Source: Chiloscyllium plagiosum
Taxonomy: Eukaryota
Reading direction: 5' to 3'
DNA length: 64,000 bases
NCBI RefSeq assembly: GCF_004010195.1
Contig: NC_057713.1
Coordinates: 104,143,540 to 104,207,539 of the forward strand
In this document: positions 37,553 through 49,499 of the stretch, piece by piece
Layout: every line of letters starts with the position of its first letter
How positions within the stretch are numbered: position 1 is the first letter of the stretch
Notes under the pieces: generated by a model
The model's input: the letters and a program-made list of their open reading frames with translations, nothing else
Databases searched by the model: none
Told to the model about the DNA's origin: nothing
Made by a program: the position numbers and the translations under genes

Positions 37553-39256
37553 CTGTGGTTGAAAAACCGGTGGAAATTCAAACAAAAGAGGTGTTACAGT
37601 AGTATGTCCTGGGATTTTTTTCCTGACTGTGTGGTAACAAGGTCACAAAGTCGCAAGTTGAAACGGGAGGAGAAATCAAGGAGTAAACATAAGGAAGTTG
37701 AAATTCACTTATCAGAAAGTATGGCTGAGAGAGAAAAACACAAGGGCAGGATGAGGACGATATGGATATTTTTAGTGCAGAGAAATTAGCTGAGTTAAAA
37801 CAGGAAGATTGAAAAAAATACAGCAGTTGTATCAAAAACATATACAGAAGAGGAATCTGAGTGTAACCCAGAATGATACTATATTAAAAACAAAGTTTTA
37901 ATGAGGAAATGGTGATCATCACACACTCAGGTGGATGAAAAATGGGCAGAAGTTCATCAAGTTCTAATACCTGTGGGGTTCTAGGATAAGAGGTGCTGTG
38001 GATAGCACATGAATTACTAGTAGGAGGTCTGGGAGTAAGTAAAACACAAGCCAAAAAAGAAGAGCATTATTATTGACCTGGACTGCAAAGGATGTGATTG
38101 AATTTTGCTGGACATGTCACATGTTTAAGGTAGTAGGAAAACCATAAGGCGGTGTTAGATCCAACACCCTTAATACCCCTTCAAACATTTGAGGAACATT
38201 TTAACATGGTCTTAATTATTTGCACAGGACCTCTTCCTAAAACAAAAAGTGGGACTCAGTACTTGTTGACTATAAGAGATGTGACAACTCGATTTTCAGA
38301 GACCATTCCATTTTGCAGTATCGCGGTTAAAAGGAATGTAGAAGAGCTACTCAATTTTTTGACTAGGTAAGGACTGCTCACAGAGATACAACTGGATCAA
38401 GCATCACATTTTACCTTAAACTTATTCAAGGAAGTTATGGATAGCTTAGGAATAAAAAAAATCGGACAATGAGGAAGTGCTCAAAAATTGGGATAAATTG
38501 TTGAGTTACCTTCCAGAGAAAAGTCAAAATGACCTGAAAGAGTTATTTACAATCATGTGGAGAGATGTGTGGTCATAAGCTGTGAAGTACCAAACAAATT
38601 ATACATGATGTAGACTTGGGAAATTCTAATTAAGGAACATCCTTATTGGCTTAACCCTCTCAAATTGACACAGGTTCAAAAAGAAATTGAAAGCAGGTTC
38701 AGAATTGACATAATCGAAGTGAATTGCATCGAAAGGAGCTCAGCCAAGTAATGATGCCAAAAACAAATGGTACCCAATGATTATGTGTGGACTATCGCAA
38801 AGTCAATGCATTCATGAAATCTGATTCATATCCTGTTCCACATTTGGAAGATTTTATTGAGAAGGTGGGACAAGCAACTTATATTTGCACATTGGACTTA
38901 CTCAGAGGATACCTTTATCAGAAAAAGGGAAGGAAAATTTGGCTTTCATGACACCCAGAAGTCTTTACCAGTTTAAAGTCATGCCATTTGGTGTGAAGAA
39001 TGCACTAGCCACGTTTCAAAGACTAACCAATAAGGTAATTTCAGGATTACCCAACTGTATGGTGTGCATAGATGGTCTGGTGATTTTTAGAAGGAATGTT
39101 TGGAGCATCTAGCAGAATTATTCAATTGACCTCAGGAGGTGATAAACCTGGCTAAGAGTGAGTTCGCAAAAACTCAAATTACGTTCCTATATCTTGGGAC
39201 ATGGACACATGGCCCCATGGGATGTGAAAACAAAGGGGATTGGGGAATTTCCCATA

Positions 39257-39399
39257 TCTGGAGCCTCCAGGTATGTCCGCAGCCTCCAGCAACGGACCTC
39301 CCTCCGGATCCTCCGCTCCACGCTTGCAGCCATGCGCCGGTACCTACATTCCCTGCTTCAACTTTGATCTCCAGCATCTGCAGACCTCACTTTCTCCTC
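39257..39399 (+). mobile_element. Short Penelope-like element fragment inserted in Gypsy RT
   Basis: 12-bp TSD GAATTTCCCATA (39245-39256 and 39400-39411). Ends with ccagcatctgcagacctcactttctcct, shared with other PLE fragments here (e.g. ~21810). Confidence 0.7.
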
Positions 39400-40095
39400 G
39401 AATTTCCCATACCACCAATGAAGAGGGAAATAATACAATTCTTGGGACTGAGTGATTTTATAGAAAATTCATAACTAATTTATACCGAATTTTCTCAGTG
39501 TGGTTGCTCCACTGACTAACCTGTTGAAGAATTGAAGAAAATTTCAGTGGATGAAGGAATGTCAGAAAGCATTTGACAGCCTGAAAGCTGTGTTGACTGC
39601 TTCTAGCACCTAACTAGCAACACTTAACTGTGCAAAGCTATTGGTGCGAGTGATGTGGGTGTTGGTGCTATATTCTTGCAACAAGAGAATAGAAAGACCT
39701 ATTGGACAGTTTTCCAGAAAGTTGAATGTTCATCAAAGAACTATTCCACCATTAAAAAAGAGATCTTTAGTTTGGTGTTGGTGTTGCAAAATTTCAACAT
39801 TTATGTTGCCAGCAATGTATTAGAGTCAATTGTATATACAGATCATAACCCCGTAATATTTTTGGAAAAAATTAAGGATAAAAATACCAAACTGTTTAGA
39901 TGGAATTTATTGTTACTACCATTCAATTTGAAAATTATACAAGTGGCCGGATGCATTATCACAACTTGGATGAAGGAAGACAGTAATTTTCATGTGTGGA
40001 AAAAATGGACTGAGATGAACTGTGATATTGAATGTTTCGTGGAATGTATATGGGGTGTATGTTTATACATAATATACATGTATAAAGTAATGTAG

Positions 40096-40614
40096 GGCCT
40101 CCTGCACCACCACTCCCTCAACACCCGACGCCTGGAGGAAGAACGCCTCATCTTCCGCCTTGGAAAACTTCAACCCCAGGGCATCAATGTGTCCTGGGCC
40201 TCCTCCACCGCCACTCCCTCACCTCCCGATACCTGGAGGAAGAACGCCTCATCTTCCACGTCGGAACACTTCAACTCCAGAGCATCAATGTGGACTTCAC
40301 TAGTTTCCTCATTTCCCCTCCCCCCACCATACCCCAGTTCCAACCTTCCAGCTCAGCACCATCCTCATAACCTGCCAATCTTCCTTCCCACCTATCCACT
40401 CCACCCTCCTCTCTGACCCATCATCCCCACCCCCATCCACCTATTGTACTCTTTGCTACCTTCTCCCCAGCCCCCCCCCCATTTATCTCTCCATCCTGGA
40501 GGCTCCCTGCCTTCATTCCAGATGAAGGACTTTTGCCTGAAATGTCGATTTTCTTGCTCCTCAGATTCTGCCTGGCCTGCTGTGCTTTTCCAGCACCATT
40601 CTAATCTAGACATA
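40096..40614 (+). mobile_element. 5'-truncated Penelope-like element in the Gypsy 3' region
   Basis: GIY-YIG C-terminal coding remnant (RRLEEERLIFRLG) plus a 3' repeat similar to 11040-11327. 8-bp TSD TAATGTAG (40088-40095 and 40615-40622). Confidence 0.85.
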
Positions 40615-40705
40615 TAATGTAGCGTACTAATAGTGAAAGAGTAAAGGTTTTGAAAATTAAGCCAACTTTGTATGTTGATGGTTCATTCTTTTTTAAGGGT
40701 GGAGA

Positions 40706-41347
40706 TGTGACAAGATATGGCTTTGAGAGAAATTGGTTCTGTCCTGTTTTTCTTGAAAACAAGTGTTGTAAACCTGGTGATAATGTGCCTGCCACAGGGA
40801 AAGCAGAGTAAATAGCATTGAGTTTGTTTTAAAGTAGACAAAAGAAGCATGAGTGGGTGGAGTCAGGCTCACACTGACCTCGAGTTTTAGTTTTTGCTTT
40901 CAGTTATTGGAGTCGAAGCTTCTTGATGCAGCTCTCTCTCTGCTGCCAGAAAAAGCTTGAGTTCTCACTTGGCTGCTTGATTCATGCGTTTGGTATTCCT
41001 TCTCCTGGACTAGGGAAGATAGCAAGTGAGGGAAATCTGTTTTGCTTAATTTACCTTTGCTGAGGGTGTGTTTAAGGAATGCTGCTATATTGGAATAGTT
41101 GATGAGTAGCAGTTAAATAATATATTATTTTGTTAAGTATTATGATAAATTTAAGGTTATGCCAATTTTTCTTCGCTTGTATTTTAATGGTGGTGTAAGA
41201 ATAAAATTTGTTTTGCATAATGAGTAGTTTGACCAATCAAATAACATCAGGAATGCAGCACCTTACACTTTCCTTTAAATGAGAGATCTTTTAGGGTCTA
41301 GGCGATCCCTAAATATATCCTATGGGGCTTTGGTCTAGTCTATAACA
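40706..41347 (+). repeat. 3' LTR preceded by polypurine tract
   Basis: PPT aagggtggaga (40695-40705), then tgtgacaagatatg ... tataaca. Contains AATAAA at ~41200. Confidence 0.85.
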
Positions 41348-41994
41348 AGTAAAAAGAGTGCCAAATAAAGTACAGTGCACTGTCACCCATGCTGCCAACT
41401 TGCTTCAGTAAGATTTCTTCCTCCTCTCCCTTCTACTAAGTTTTAGTGTACTCCTTGGCAGCGGGGGTGGAGGGAGCCTACTTAGCAGTTGAACCCACTT
41501 GTCATGTGACTCTGGGACCACTGTGTTTGTATAGATAAGGCATGCCAAAGATTTTCCATTTGATCCTCCTTAGAATGAACCTACGAGTTTGGGGGTGGGG
41601 GACGATGGGGCTGGGGAAAGTGCTGCAGGTATGTAGTGTCATGTTTGGATACTTCTGAGGGGACTGTGTGTAGTCCTTCCTCCAACTGGGTACTTTCTGA
41701 CACCAAGATGTCTCCTTGTGAGGAAGCAGCACTTGGAGTGCCTGTCGTCATGCCTTTGGTCCTGAGGACACTGGAGTGTGGCTGCGTGTCACTGCCCAGC
41801 AACACCCTAATGGTGGAGGATCTGGTTCTCCATGGTAGCCACCAAAACGTCCAAGAGGCAGCTACACAGTCGCATGATTTCCACCACTGCTGTAACTTCT
41901 GGACAGTGAGGATCTTTGCCTCCCAAATACGTGCCTGCCATCCTGTTCCTCCCTATGCGTTAACAATCTGGTTGAAGGAAGTGAGGCATTGTTG

Positions 41995-42730
41995 CTATAT
42001 TTGCAAACGGCACAAAAATAGATGGACAGGCAGGTAGTGTTGAGGAAGCAGGGAGGCTGTAGAAGGAGTTAGACAGGCTCAGAGAGTGGGTAAAGAAAAA
42101 GCAGATGAAAAACAGTGTGCAAGGTTATGCACTTTGATGGGAAGCATAGAGGTATAGACTATAATGGATAAAGGCTTCAGAAATCTGAAGCAAGAAAGAA
42201 CTTGGAGTCCTAGTTTTGGATTCCTTAAGGTAAACATTGCAGATTCAGTTGGCAAGGCAAATGCAATATTAGCATTCATTTCAAGATGGCTTGATTACCA
42301 GAGCAGAAATAAACTGCTGAGGCTGTATAAGGCATTTGGAATATTTTGAGCAGTTGTGGGCCTCCTATCTATGGAAGGATGTATTGGTGTTGGAGAGTAT
42401 CCTGGGATGACGGACTTGTCATATGTGGAGTGGTTGAGGACTCTGTGTCTCTATTGGATGAAGTTTAGAAGGATGAGGGGGAATCTCATTGTTATTTACA
42501 GAATACTCAGAGACCTGGATAGAATAGACATGGAGAAGAAGTTTCTACTAGTAGGAGAGACTAGGACCTGAGGGCACAGCCACAGAGTGAAGTGATGACC
42601 CTTTAGAACTGAGATGAGAAGGAATTCCTTCAGCCAGAGGGTGGTGAATCTGTGGAACTCACTGCAGCAGAGGGTTGTAGTGGCCAAGTCATTGAGTGTA
42701 TTTAAGACAGAGATAGATAGGCTTTTGAAT
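41995..42730 (+). mobile_element. CR1-clade LINE 3' remnant
   Basis: ORFs 42164 and 42356 read KANAILAFISR...LLRLYKA and GMTDLSY..WLRTL. Confidence 0.8.
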
Positions 42731-43222
42731 TAAAATTTCATGTGTGGTGATACCTGCTATCTACCTGCCAGTCCTGGCCCCCACTTCAATTTTACCATAA
42801 GGAGAGGGGGAGTAATGAGTAAGTGTTGGGTGGCCGACCTGTCCATGGATTAAATAGGGCTCTTTACTGGGCATCAATTGGTCTCTTAATTCCTCATTCC
42901 ACTGCTGCAGGGATTTAACCAGCAAAAGGAGAGACTTGCCACAAGTGTCCAGCCCACCAGCCTTCCCTGCATGGACTGGTGGTGGGAAAGGAGGATCAGG
43001 CGCCTTCTTGACAGACTCCTTGTCTGCCACTTGCCAGTTTCCCTCATGTCTGTCTAGTTCACATCCTCACCACACCTCCACTCATCACCTTGTCAGGGTT
43101 TACCATAATGTTGCTAACAAGACCCCAGTCCTAGTTCTGATCCCATGTCCAGTGCAGCACCCGGTCCTGCAAAGCTCATTACTGTACCAGCAATGGCCAG
43201 ACTTTAATTGACTGCCAGATCT

Positions 43223-43527
43223 TGGGCGGCACGGTGGCACAGTAGCTAGCACTGCTGCTTTACAGCACCAAGGTCCCAGGTTCGATCCTAGCCTTGGGCA
43301 ACTGTCTGTGTGGAGTTTGCACATTCTCCCCATGTCTACGTGGGTTTGCTCCGGTTTCCTCCCACAGTCCACAGACGTGCAGGTCAGGGGAATTGGCCAT
43401 GCTAATTGTCCATAGTGTTAGGTGCCTTAGTCAAAGGGAAATGGGTGTGGGTGTGTTACTCTTCGGAAGGTCGGTGTGGACTGGTTGAGCCGAAAGGCCT
43501 GTTTCCACACTGTAGGGATTCTAATCA
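43223..43527 (+). mobile_element. HE1-type V-SINE, near full length
   Basis: Same architecture as 32722-33030. Confidence 0.9.
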
Positions 43528-44274
43528 GATCTCCTCTTGCTGAAATGTCAGTGGGACCACTGTACAGAAAGGCAGGAGCAGAATGCGTGGGGTTAACGGC
43601 ATCCTGTTGAATCCGGTCTTTAGTATTCTAAGGGCTTTCAGTGTCTTATATAGAATTCATAAATACCAACCTGCAGATGCTGTAAGCAAGTAGGAAGGCA
43701 AGTATTATCAGAGACATTGTTAGGGGATTAGAGTTTAAAAGTAAGAAAATCACTCTATTTATGTTTTGTTATGCCCACACTTGGAGTAATGTGAATTGGT
43801 TTGCCCTCCCTATTTAAAGAAAAATATAATTGTCTTAGTGCCTCAACAAAGCCTTGCAGAATTGATTCCTGAGATGAGTCTACTGTTCACTGATTGAGTA
43901 GAATGAGCCATCTAGAGTTCGGAAGAGGAAATCACATTTTAATAAGTACAAATTGAAAAGTTAACTGCTCAAAGGCTGTTTTCCCTGATGCAATAGTGTA
44001 AAACTATGGAACAGAATCTCAGCATGAGGACCACCTATTTGGGGTTGAAATAATGTGAACCTTCTTCACTCGGACGGTTGTGAATCATTGGAATTCTCTA
44101 CTTGAAAAGGAATGATGATGCTCACTTATAGAGAATTTGGGGCTGACCACTCTGATAAAAGAAAATCAGGAAATGTGAATAGGATTGGTGTGATAGATGT
44201 AGGAGTTCAGGCATGGCCTTACTGAACGGAGGCTAAAGGAGTTGTATGATCTGCTACTAGTTTTTATTATCATT

Positions 44275-45320
44275 GTCATCGGCAATCACTCTCTATCGAG
44301 TATGATTGTCCACCTAGGAAATTCCGTGTCACTCATCATGGATTCACAGGGTCTTTAAGGCCTTGTGAACCTGATCCTAGAGCCTCATCTCTTTGCACAG
44401 AGATGTTTCCGGGAGGTGGAACTGGTCCTTGACCTTGAGATCATTCCTTTATCTGGTTCCTTTTCCATGCTTTCTCTTGCTGATGGGTGTTCTCAAAGAA
44501 TTATGTCCCTTTGTATAGGAGTCTTCTCTGAATGGGATTCTTCTGAATAAGTGTCTTCCATGTGTTGACATCTATTAGTGTGATCTATTGAAATGATGCC
44601 TTTGTCGTCCTCTTTCCATTAGCTGGATGAAGAAGATTTGCTTTGGAAGTCAGATCCCAGCCATCCTAAGCATATGGCTAGCCCGGTGGAGTTGGTTTCA
44701 GATGATCATGGCCTTAGTGCTGATGCTGTTAGCTGCTTCAAGGACACTGATGTTATTACGCCTGTTTTCCCACGTGATGCAAATAATCCATCTCAAACAA
44801 CATTCATGGTACTTCTCAAGGGTCTTGAGGTGGCGTAATCAAAGTTTTGATGCCAGATAGAAGAGTCAGAAAGATGACTGCCTTATCCACAAGGATCTAG
44901 GTATCATAACAGATATCATGGTCATTGCTGATTCTCATCCTTAAGCATCCTAACATGGTGCTCGCAGATTGGATGCGATGTTGAATCTCAATGTCAACCT
45001 TAGATGAAAGGTAGATTCCCAGGTAGTGGAAATGCTCCACATTTGAGAGGATTTCTCCATTGATCTTAATGGCAGAGTGGACCAGAACTTGACCTGGGAT
45101 GGGTTGGTAAAGAATTTGAGTCATCTTGAATTGAAGCCTGAGACCAATTCTTTAGTATGCTTCCATGAAGGCCTTAAGTGAGGCCAGAAGGTTCTCTTCT
45201 AAGATAGCAGTGATGACATTGTCATCCACATATTGAAGTTCCACAAGTGAGGTCAGTATCATTTTTCTCTCGGATTTCAATCAATTGAGATTGAAAATTT
45301 TCCATTCATCCTGTGGCCAA
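44275..45320 (-). mobile_element. RTE-clade LINE RT remnant
   Basis: ORF 44897-45124 reads INGEILSNVEHFHYLGIYLSSKVDIEIQHRIQSAS. An upstream (minus) ELQYVDD-like RT motif lies at ~45215-45245. Confidence 0.8.
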
Positions 45321-45364
45321 TTTTTACTTTTCATTCTCATTCTTATTTCTTATATCCTTCACAG

Positions 45365-45411
45365 AGATGTGTGATAGTGCATTTCAGAAGGATAAGTACA
45401 AAAATGAATAA
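45365..45411 (+). CDS. Candidate alternative terminal PDE1 exon (uncertain)
   Basis: About 40-nt pyrimidine tract plus cacag|. Phase 1, compatible with the 30526 donor, gives EMCDSAFQKDKYKNE*. No recognised homology. Confidence 0.22.
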
Positions 45412-45939
45412 GAATATATAAGTGTATAAATGGCTTTATAAAGGAAAATATGCAATTTTAAAGGGATGCTTAATCAAACAGATCTAGATAGAGATGGACA
45501 TGTTGGAGCCAGTAATGACAGTCTCATGGCACACTGCTGTAGCAGTTTCTTTGGCAGCACTTTCCAAACCATTTATCACTACTGCCTTGAAGAAGTAAAG
45601 ACGTCAGGCTCTTGGGAATATCACTTCCATCATGATCGCACTCCCCACCCACCACCAAGCCACTATGGAGCAAATAACATGGGCCCACGGTTGCTGGCCT
45701 TGCCACTAATATTTCTCTTAAATGCAGAGAGAAGGCTATTTTTGAACCTGCCAGGAAATGTTGATAAAACAATTCAAAAAAACATATAACATCCTTGACC
45801 ATATAAATTAAGGTATGAAGTGCAAGCAGTGAATTTATGTGGAAAATGTATTGACCTCTCGTGGAAGATTGACCCCGATATAAGAATCTTCCTCAATGCC
45901 AGTTATGACTTCAATCAGGGAAAAAAATTCCCCCAATTC

Positions 45940-48520
45940 CAGTTGACTTCAGTTTTCACTGGGGCCTCTTAGTGCTGCACTCAGTCAACTGCCATCTTCA
46001 TATCAAGGTCAGTCTTATATCATGAACTCAGCTTTTTTGTTTATACTTGAACCAAGGCTATGTTGATCTCAGCAGCTGACTGACCCTAGCAGGACCCAAG
46101 GTGAGGATTACTTTAAGCGCCACTTAATAGCCCTGTCAATGACACCTTCCACAACTTTGCTGATAATCAAGAGCTGTTTGATTGGATAGTAATTGCCTGG
46201 GCTGGATTTTTTTTTTGCTTTTTTGTAAACAGGATAAACCTGGGTAAATTTCCACATTGTTAGATGTGTGCACCAGTGCTGTACTGAAACAGCTTGGCTA
46301 AGGTCTGAGCCAGTCCTGGACCTCAAGTCCTCAGTATATGACTCGAATGTTGTCATGCCGAATGACCTTTGCAGTAACCAGTGCCTTCAGCCATTTTTTG
46401 ATATCATGTAGAATGAATTAAATAGGCTGAAGACTCGCATCTGTAGTGCAAGTGACCTCAGGGCAAGCTGAGGTCAATCATCCACTGAGCATTCTATCTG
46501 AAAATGAATGCAAGTGTTTCAGCCTTGTCTTTTACACCGATGTGCTTCACTTCTCCTTCACTGAGGAGGGGACAGGACATTTGTGGCACCTTATCTCTTG
46601 TGAGTTGTTTAATTGTCCATTCTCAACTGGATGTAGAAGGAGCTGCAAAGCTTAAATCTGACTGGTTAAGTTGTCTTGTTACTCCATAGTGACATCATCT
46701 GAGAAGCTTCAATAGGATTCCTTAATTGCCTTGAGAATCCTAAGACATTAAAAGCTGATCAATCTCCTGGACTGGGTGACTTAATCCACTGGATCTAAAG
46801 AGTTACCTGTTGTAATATTAGGTGCACTTGTTCTGATGCTGTAGATCCTGGAAGACACCCAGTTGATTGGATGTTAACAATTGTAATACAGCTATTCAAG
46901 AAAGGGGGGAGGAGGGAGAAAACAGGGAACTAGACCAGTCAATCTGACTTCACTTATTAGGTGAGTGTTGGAAACTATTACTTAAAAAGGATTAACAATG
47001 CATTTAGAAAATCACTGATCACAATGTGAGCAACCAGTATGAGAGTGAAGTTGGGTTTAACAAATTTATTAGCGTTCTTTGAGGATGTCACTCAATGTAT
47101 ACAAAAGGGAACTAGTAGGTGTTATGTACGTGAATTTTCATAAGCAATTCAATAGTTTGTCACAAATACTTTTAAGCTGAGAAAAGTCTTATAGAATTGG
47201 GAATAATATTTAGCATGGATGGAGGCTTGGTTAATGGGCACTAGGCATGAATGTGACATTTTCAAGTTGCCAGGCTGTAATTAGTGGAGTGCCGTAAGTG
47301 CAGAAATCTCAAGCTAATTAGAATCTACATGTGTGACTCCTGTTAGCAATGACAGATTAATGACTCAAACAAGAAAACTGAAAGTAACATATATAAGCTT
47401 GCTGATGACACCAAGTTAGGTGGGAATGCAAGCTGTGAAGAAGACACAAAGAGGCTCTGCCATTAAGAGCAGCACTTTTTAAAAAAGGGTGTGAAACTTT
47501 TAAATGCTGATGTTCAGAGATATTTTGGTATACTCTTACAATGAACATGTGAAATTACTAGGGGTGTAATTGTTTGAGAGGACTAATACTGAGTGCATTA
47601 AACAACGTCCAATGTTGTACGCAGGCTGGAGGAAATGGGCTTTGGATCTTGAAGGAGTAAGACCTAACCATAGAACTAGTAATAATACTTATCATACCAA
47701 TGTAACCTGTACCTAGGTGCTATCATGCATCTTAAGACAAGAGCTTCATCTTATTAGACTGTCAAGTGTTTTTCCTCTACCACATTAGACCAGAAAATAT
47801 TGTAGATCTCTACCCTGGAAGAGAATGGTGGCAGCAAATCTATCAGATGAGCTGTAGTGGAGATCCATCATACAACAGGTATAGCAATCAGAATTTTAAA
47901 TAACATGACAATTTTGTAACAAGATGAGTGAGGAGCAAGAGAAAGGAAGTCTTGGTACAATTACTCAGCATTTCAGTAAGTTGTCATTTTATGTGCAGTA
48001 TGTATTTTTTGTCTCTATGTTTAAGATATACTTGCTTTGGAGGTGCTACACCAGTGGTTCACAAGACAAGTTTCTGGGTGGGTAAAATTGTTTATTTATG
48101 GGAGATTAGGCTGGTTGTGTCTCTGTTTTTTGGAACTTAGAAGATTAGAGAGTGGTCTTATTGAATCATAGATGACTGACAGAACCTGACAGAGTAGATA
48201 CTGGAAGGTTGTTCCCTGTCAGGGGAATCTAGAACACAGGGTCACAGTGTTAGAATAAGGAATTGATCATTTATGACTGAGATGTGGAGGGTTTTCTTCA
48301 TTCAAAGGGTTATGAATCTTTAGAACTTTCTCCTCCAGATTATTGTGAATGCTCTTTCACTTGGTATAATTACGAATGGAATAGATGAATTTTTGACCTT
48401 TCGGGGAACTACACGATATTGGGAGCAGAAATCAAAGAGGAGTTGTTACAGAAGAGAAGTTGTAATTTTATTGAATGGCAGAACAAACTCCGTCAACATT
48501 CTTTCTGCTCCTGTTCTTTA
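45940..48520. mobile_element. Cluster of CR1-clade LINE remnants (minus ~45940-46680; plus ~46720-48520)
   Basis: ORF 46108-46356 reads WKFTQVYPVYKK...PGNYYPI...ISKVVEGVI. Plus-strand RT and 3' end patterns follow. Confidence 0.65.
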
Positions 48521-49158
48521 TATTCTTATCTGTCCATTATTATGGTTTTGTTTGTGTTAATTTTCATGTGTTCCTATCGCTGTTCTGGTTTCTTGTACAT
48601 TTCCAACCTAATAATGTCCTCCATTGGAAATGAAATTTCACCTTTGTTGTAAATGCAATCAAAAGTAATTATTCAAGATGTCTACAATTTTTATATTTTC
48701 ATTCATGGTATCACCGTTATCAGTTTCTAAAGGACCAAAATTGTTCCTGAACAGACTTTTATTATGAATAAAATTGTAAAAGAAAGTGTTATGAATATAT
48801 CCATTCCTAGCTTTTTATTCCATGCTCCCTTTTTGTAGCTCTTATTTTCATTATGTCTTTCTCATTCTTCAGAATCTGTGATTTCTGTTTACATTTTGGT
48901 CTGTTTTCTTTTCTAGTTTTATGCTGGCTCTCACTTTGCGTGAATTGTTCCAAAAGACTTAATGCAAGATTGCACTAAGCTCCACTCAATTTGATGATGT
49001 TACACAGACTCTGAGTGAAGAGTTAGGCAGTCTGACATGAAGTCCCCATTGTGACAGACATGTCACCTTTGCTTCTTATACTTTATGATTACGTTTAAAT
49101 GGTTAATGTTAATTGTACTTATTGCTATCATTTAATAAACCACACTTTGTTATTTAAG

Positions 49159-49309
49159 ACAAGTTCCTTCACTTCACCAGTGGTCTCTCCTCTACCACTG
49201 ATACCACTGACAGCCCTTAGACTCAGGATAAAAAGAAAGAGGGTGCCACCAAACTATTCCAGCTACAAGCAACCAGTAGTTGTCACCCAGAACCCAATAT
49301 GACATTTAG
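49159..49309 (+). CDS. Candidate PDE1 3' exon (uncertain)
   Basis: ttgttatttaag| acceptor and |gtattt donor in non-repeat DNA. Phase 1 gives DKFLHFTSGLSSTTDTTDSP*. Phase 0 gives ...LPLIPLTALRLRIKRKRVPPNYSSY..., faintly like recalled PDE1C LPVIKPPLRHFKRPAYASSSY. Confidence 0.2.
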
Positions 49310-49499
49310 GTATTTAAATATCGTGCTTTTTTTTTGCAAAGTATAGTTCTTGTTCCTTATTGCTTATGTATTGCATTAAATTATTTATTGAATGCCACTT
49401 ATTGATTTTTTTTTACTGTTTTACCCATAAATAGATTTATTCAGTTTGCTGTTGTATTGTGATAAATTCAATGTTATCTAACTTTCACACCTTTATTGC

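Larger units (their letters stand above)
35207..41347 (+). mobile_element. Decayed Ty3/Gypsy LTR retrotransposon, Gmr1-like (gag-PR-IN-RT-RH)
   Basis: Two related TG...CA LTRs, a PBS and a PPT. Capsid/SCAN-like gag ~36190-36510. Degenerate CCHC 36688-36729. Protease [10 protein letters not shown] ~36957. Integrase ~38000-38460 (GPLPKTKSGTQYLLTI). RT 38640-39200 (DYRKVN, YQFKVMPFGVKNALATFQR). RNase H ~39645-39930 (IVYTDHNP). Flanks atta/agta may be a degenerate 4-bp TSD. Confidence 0.9.
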
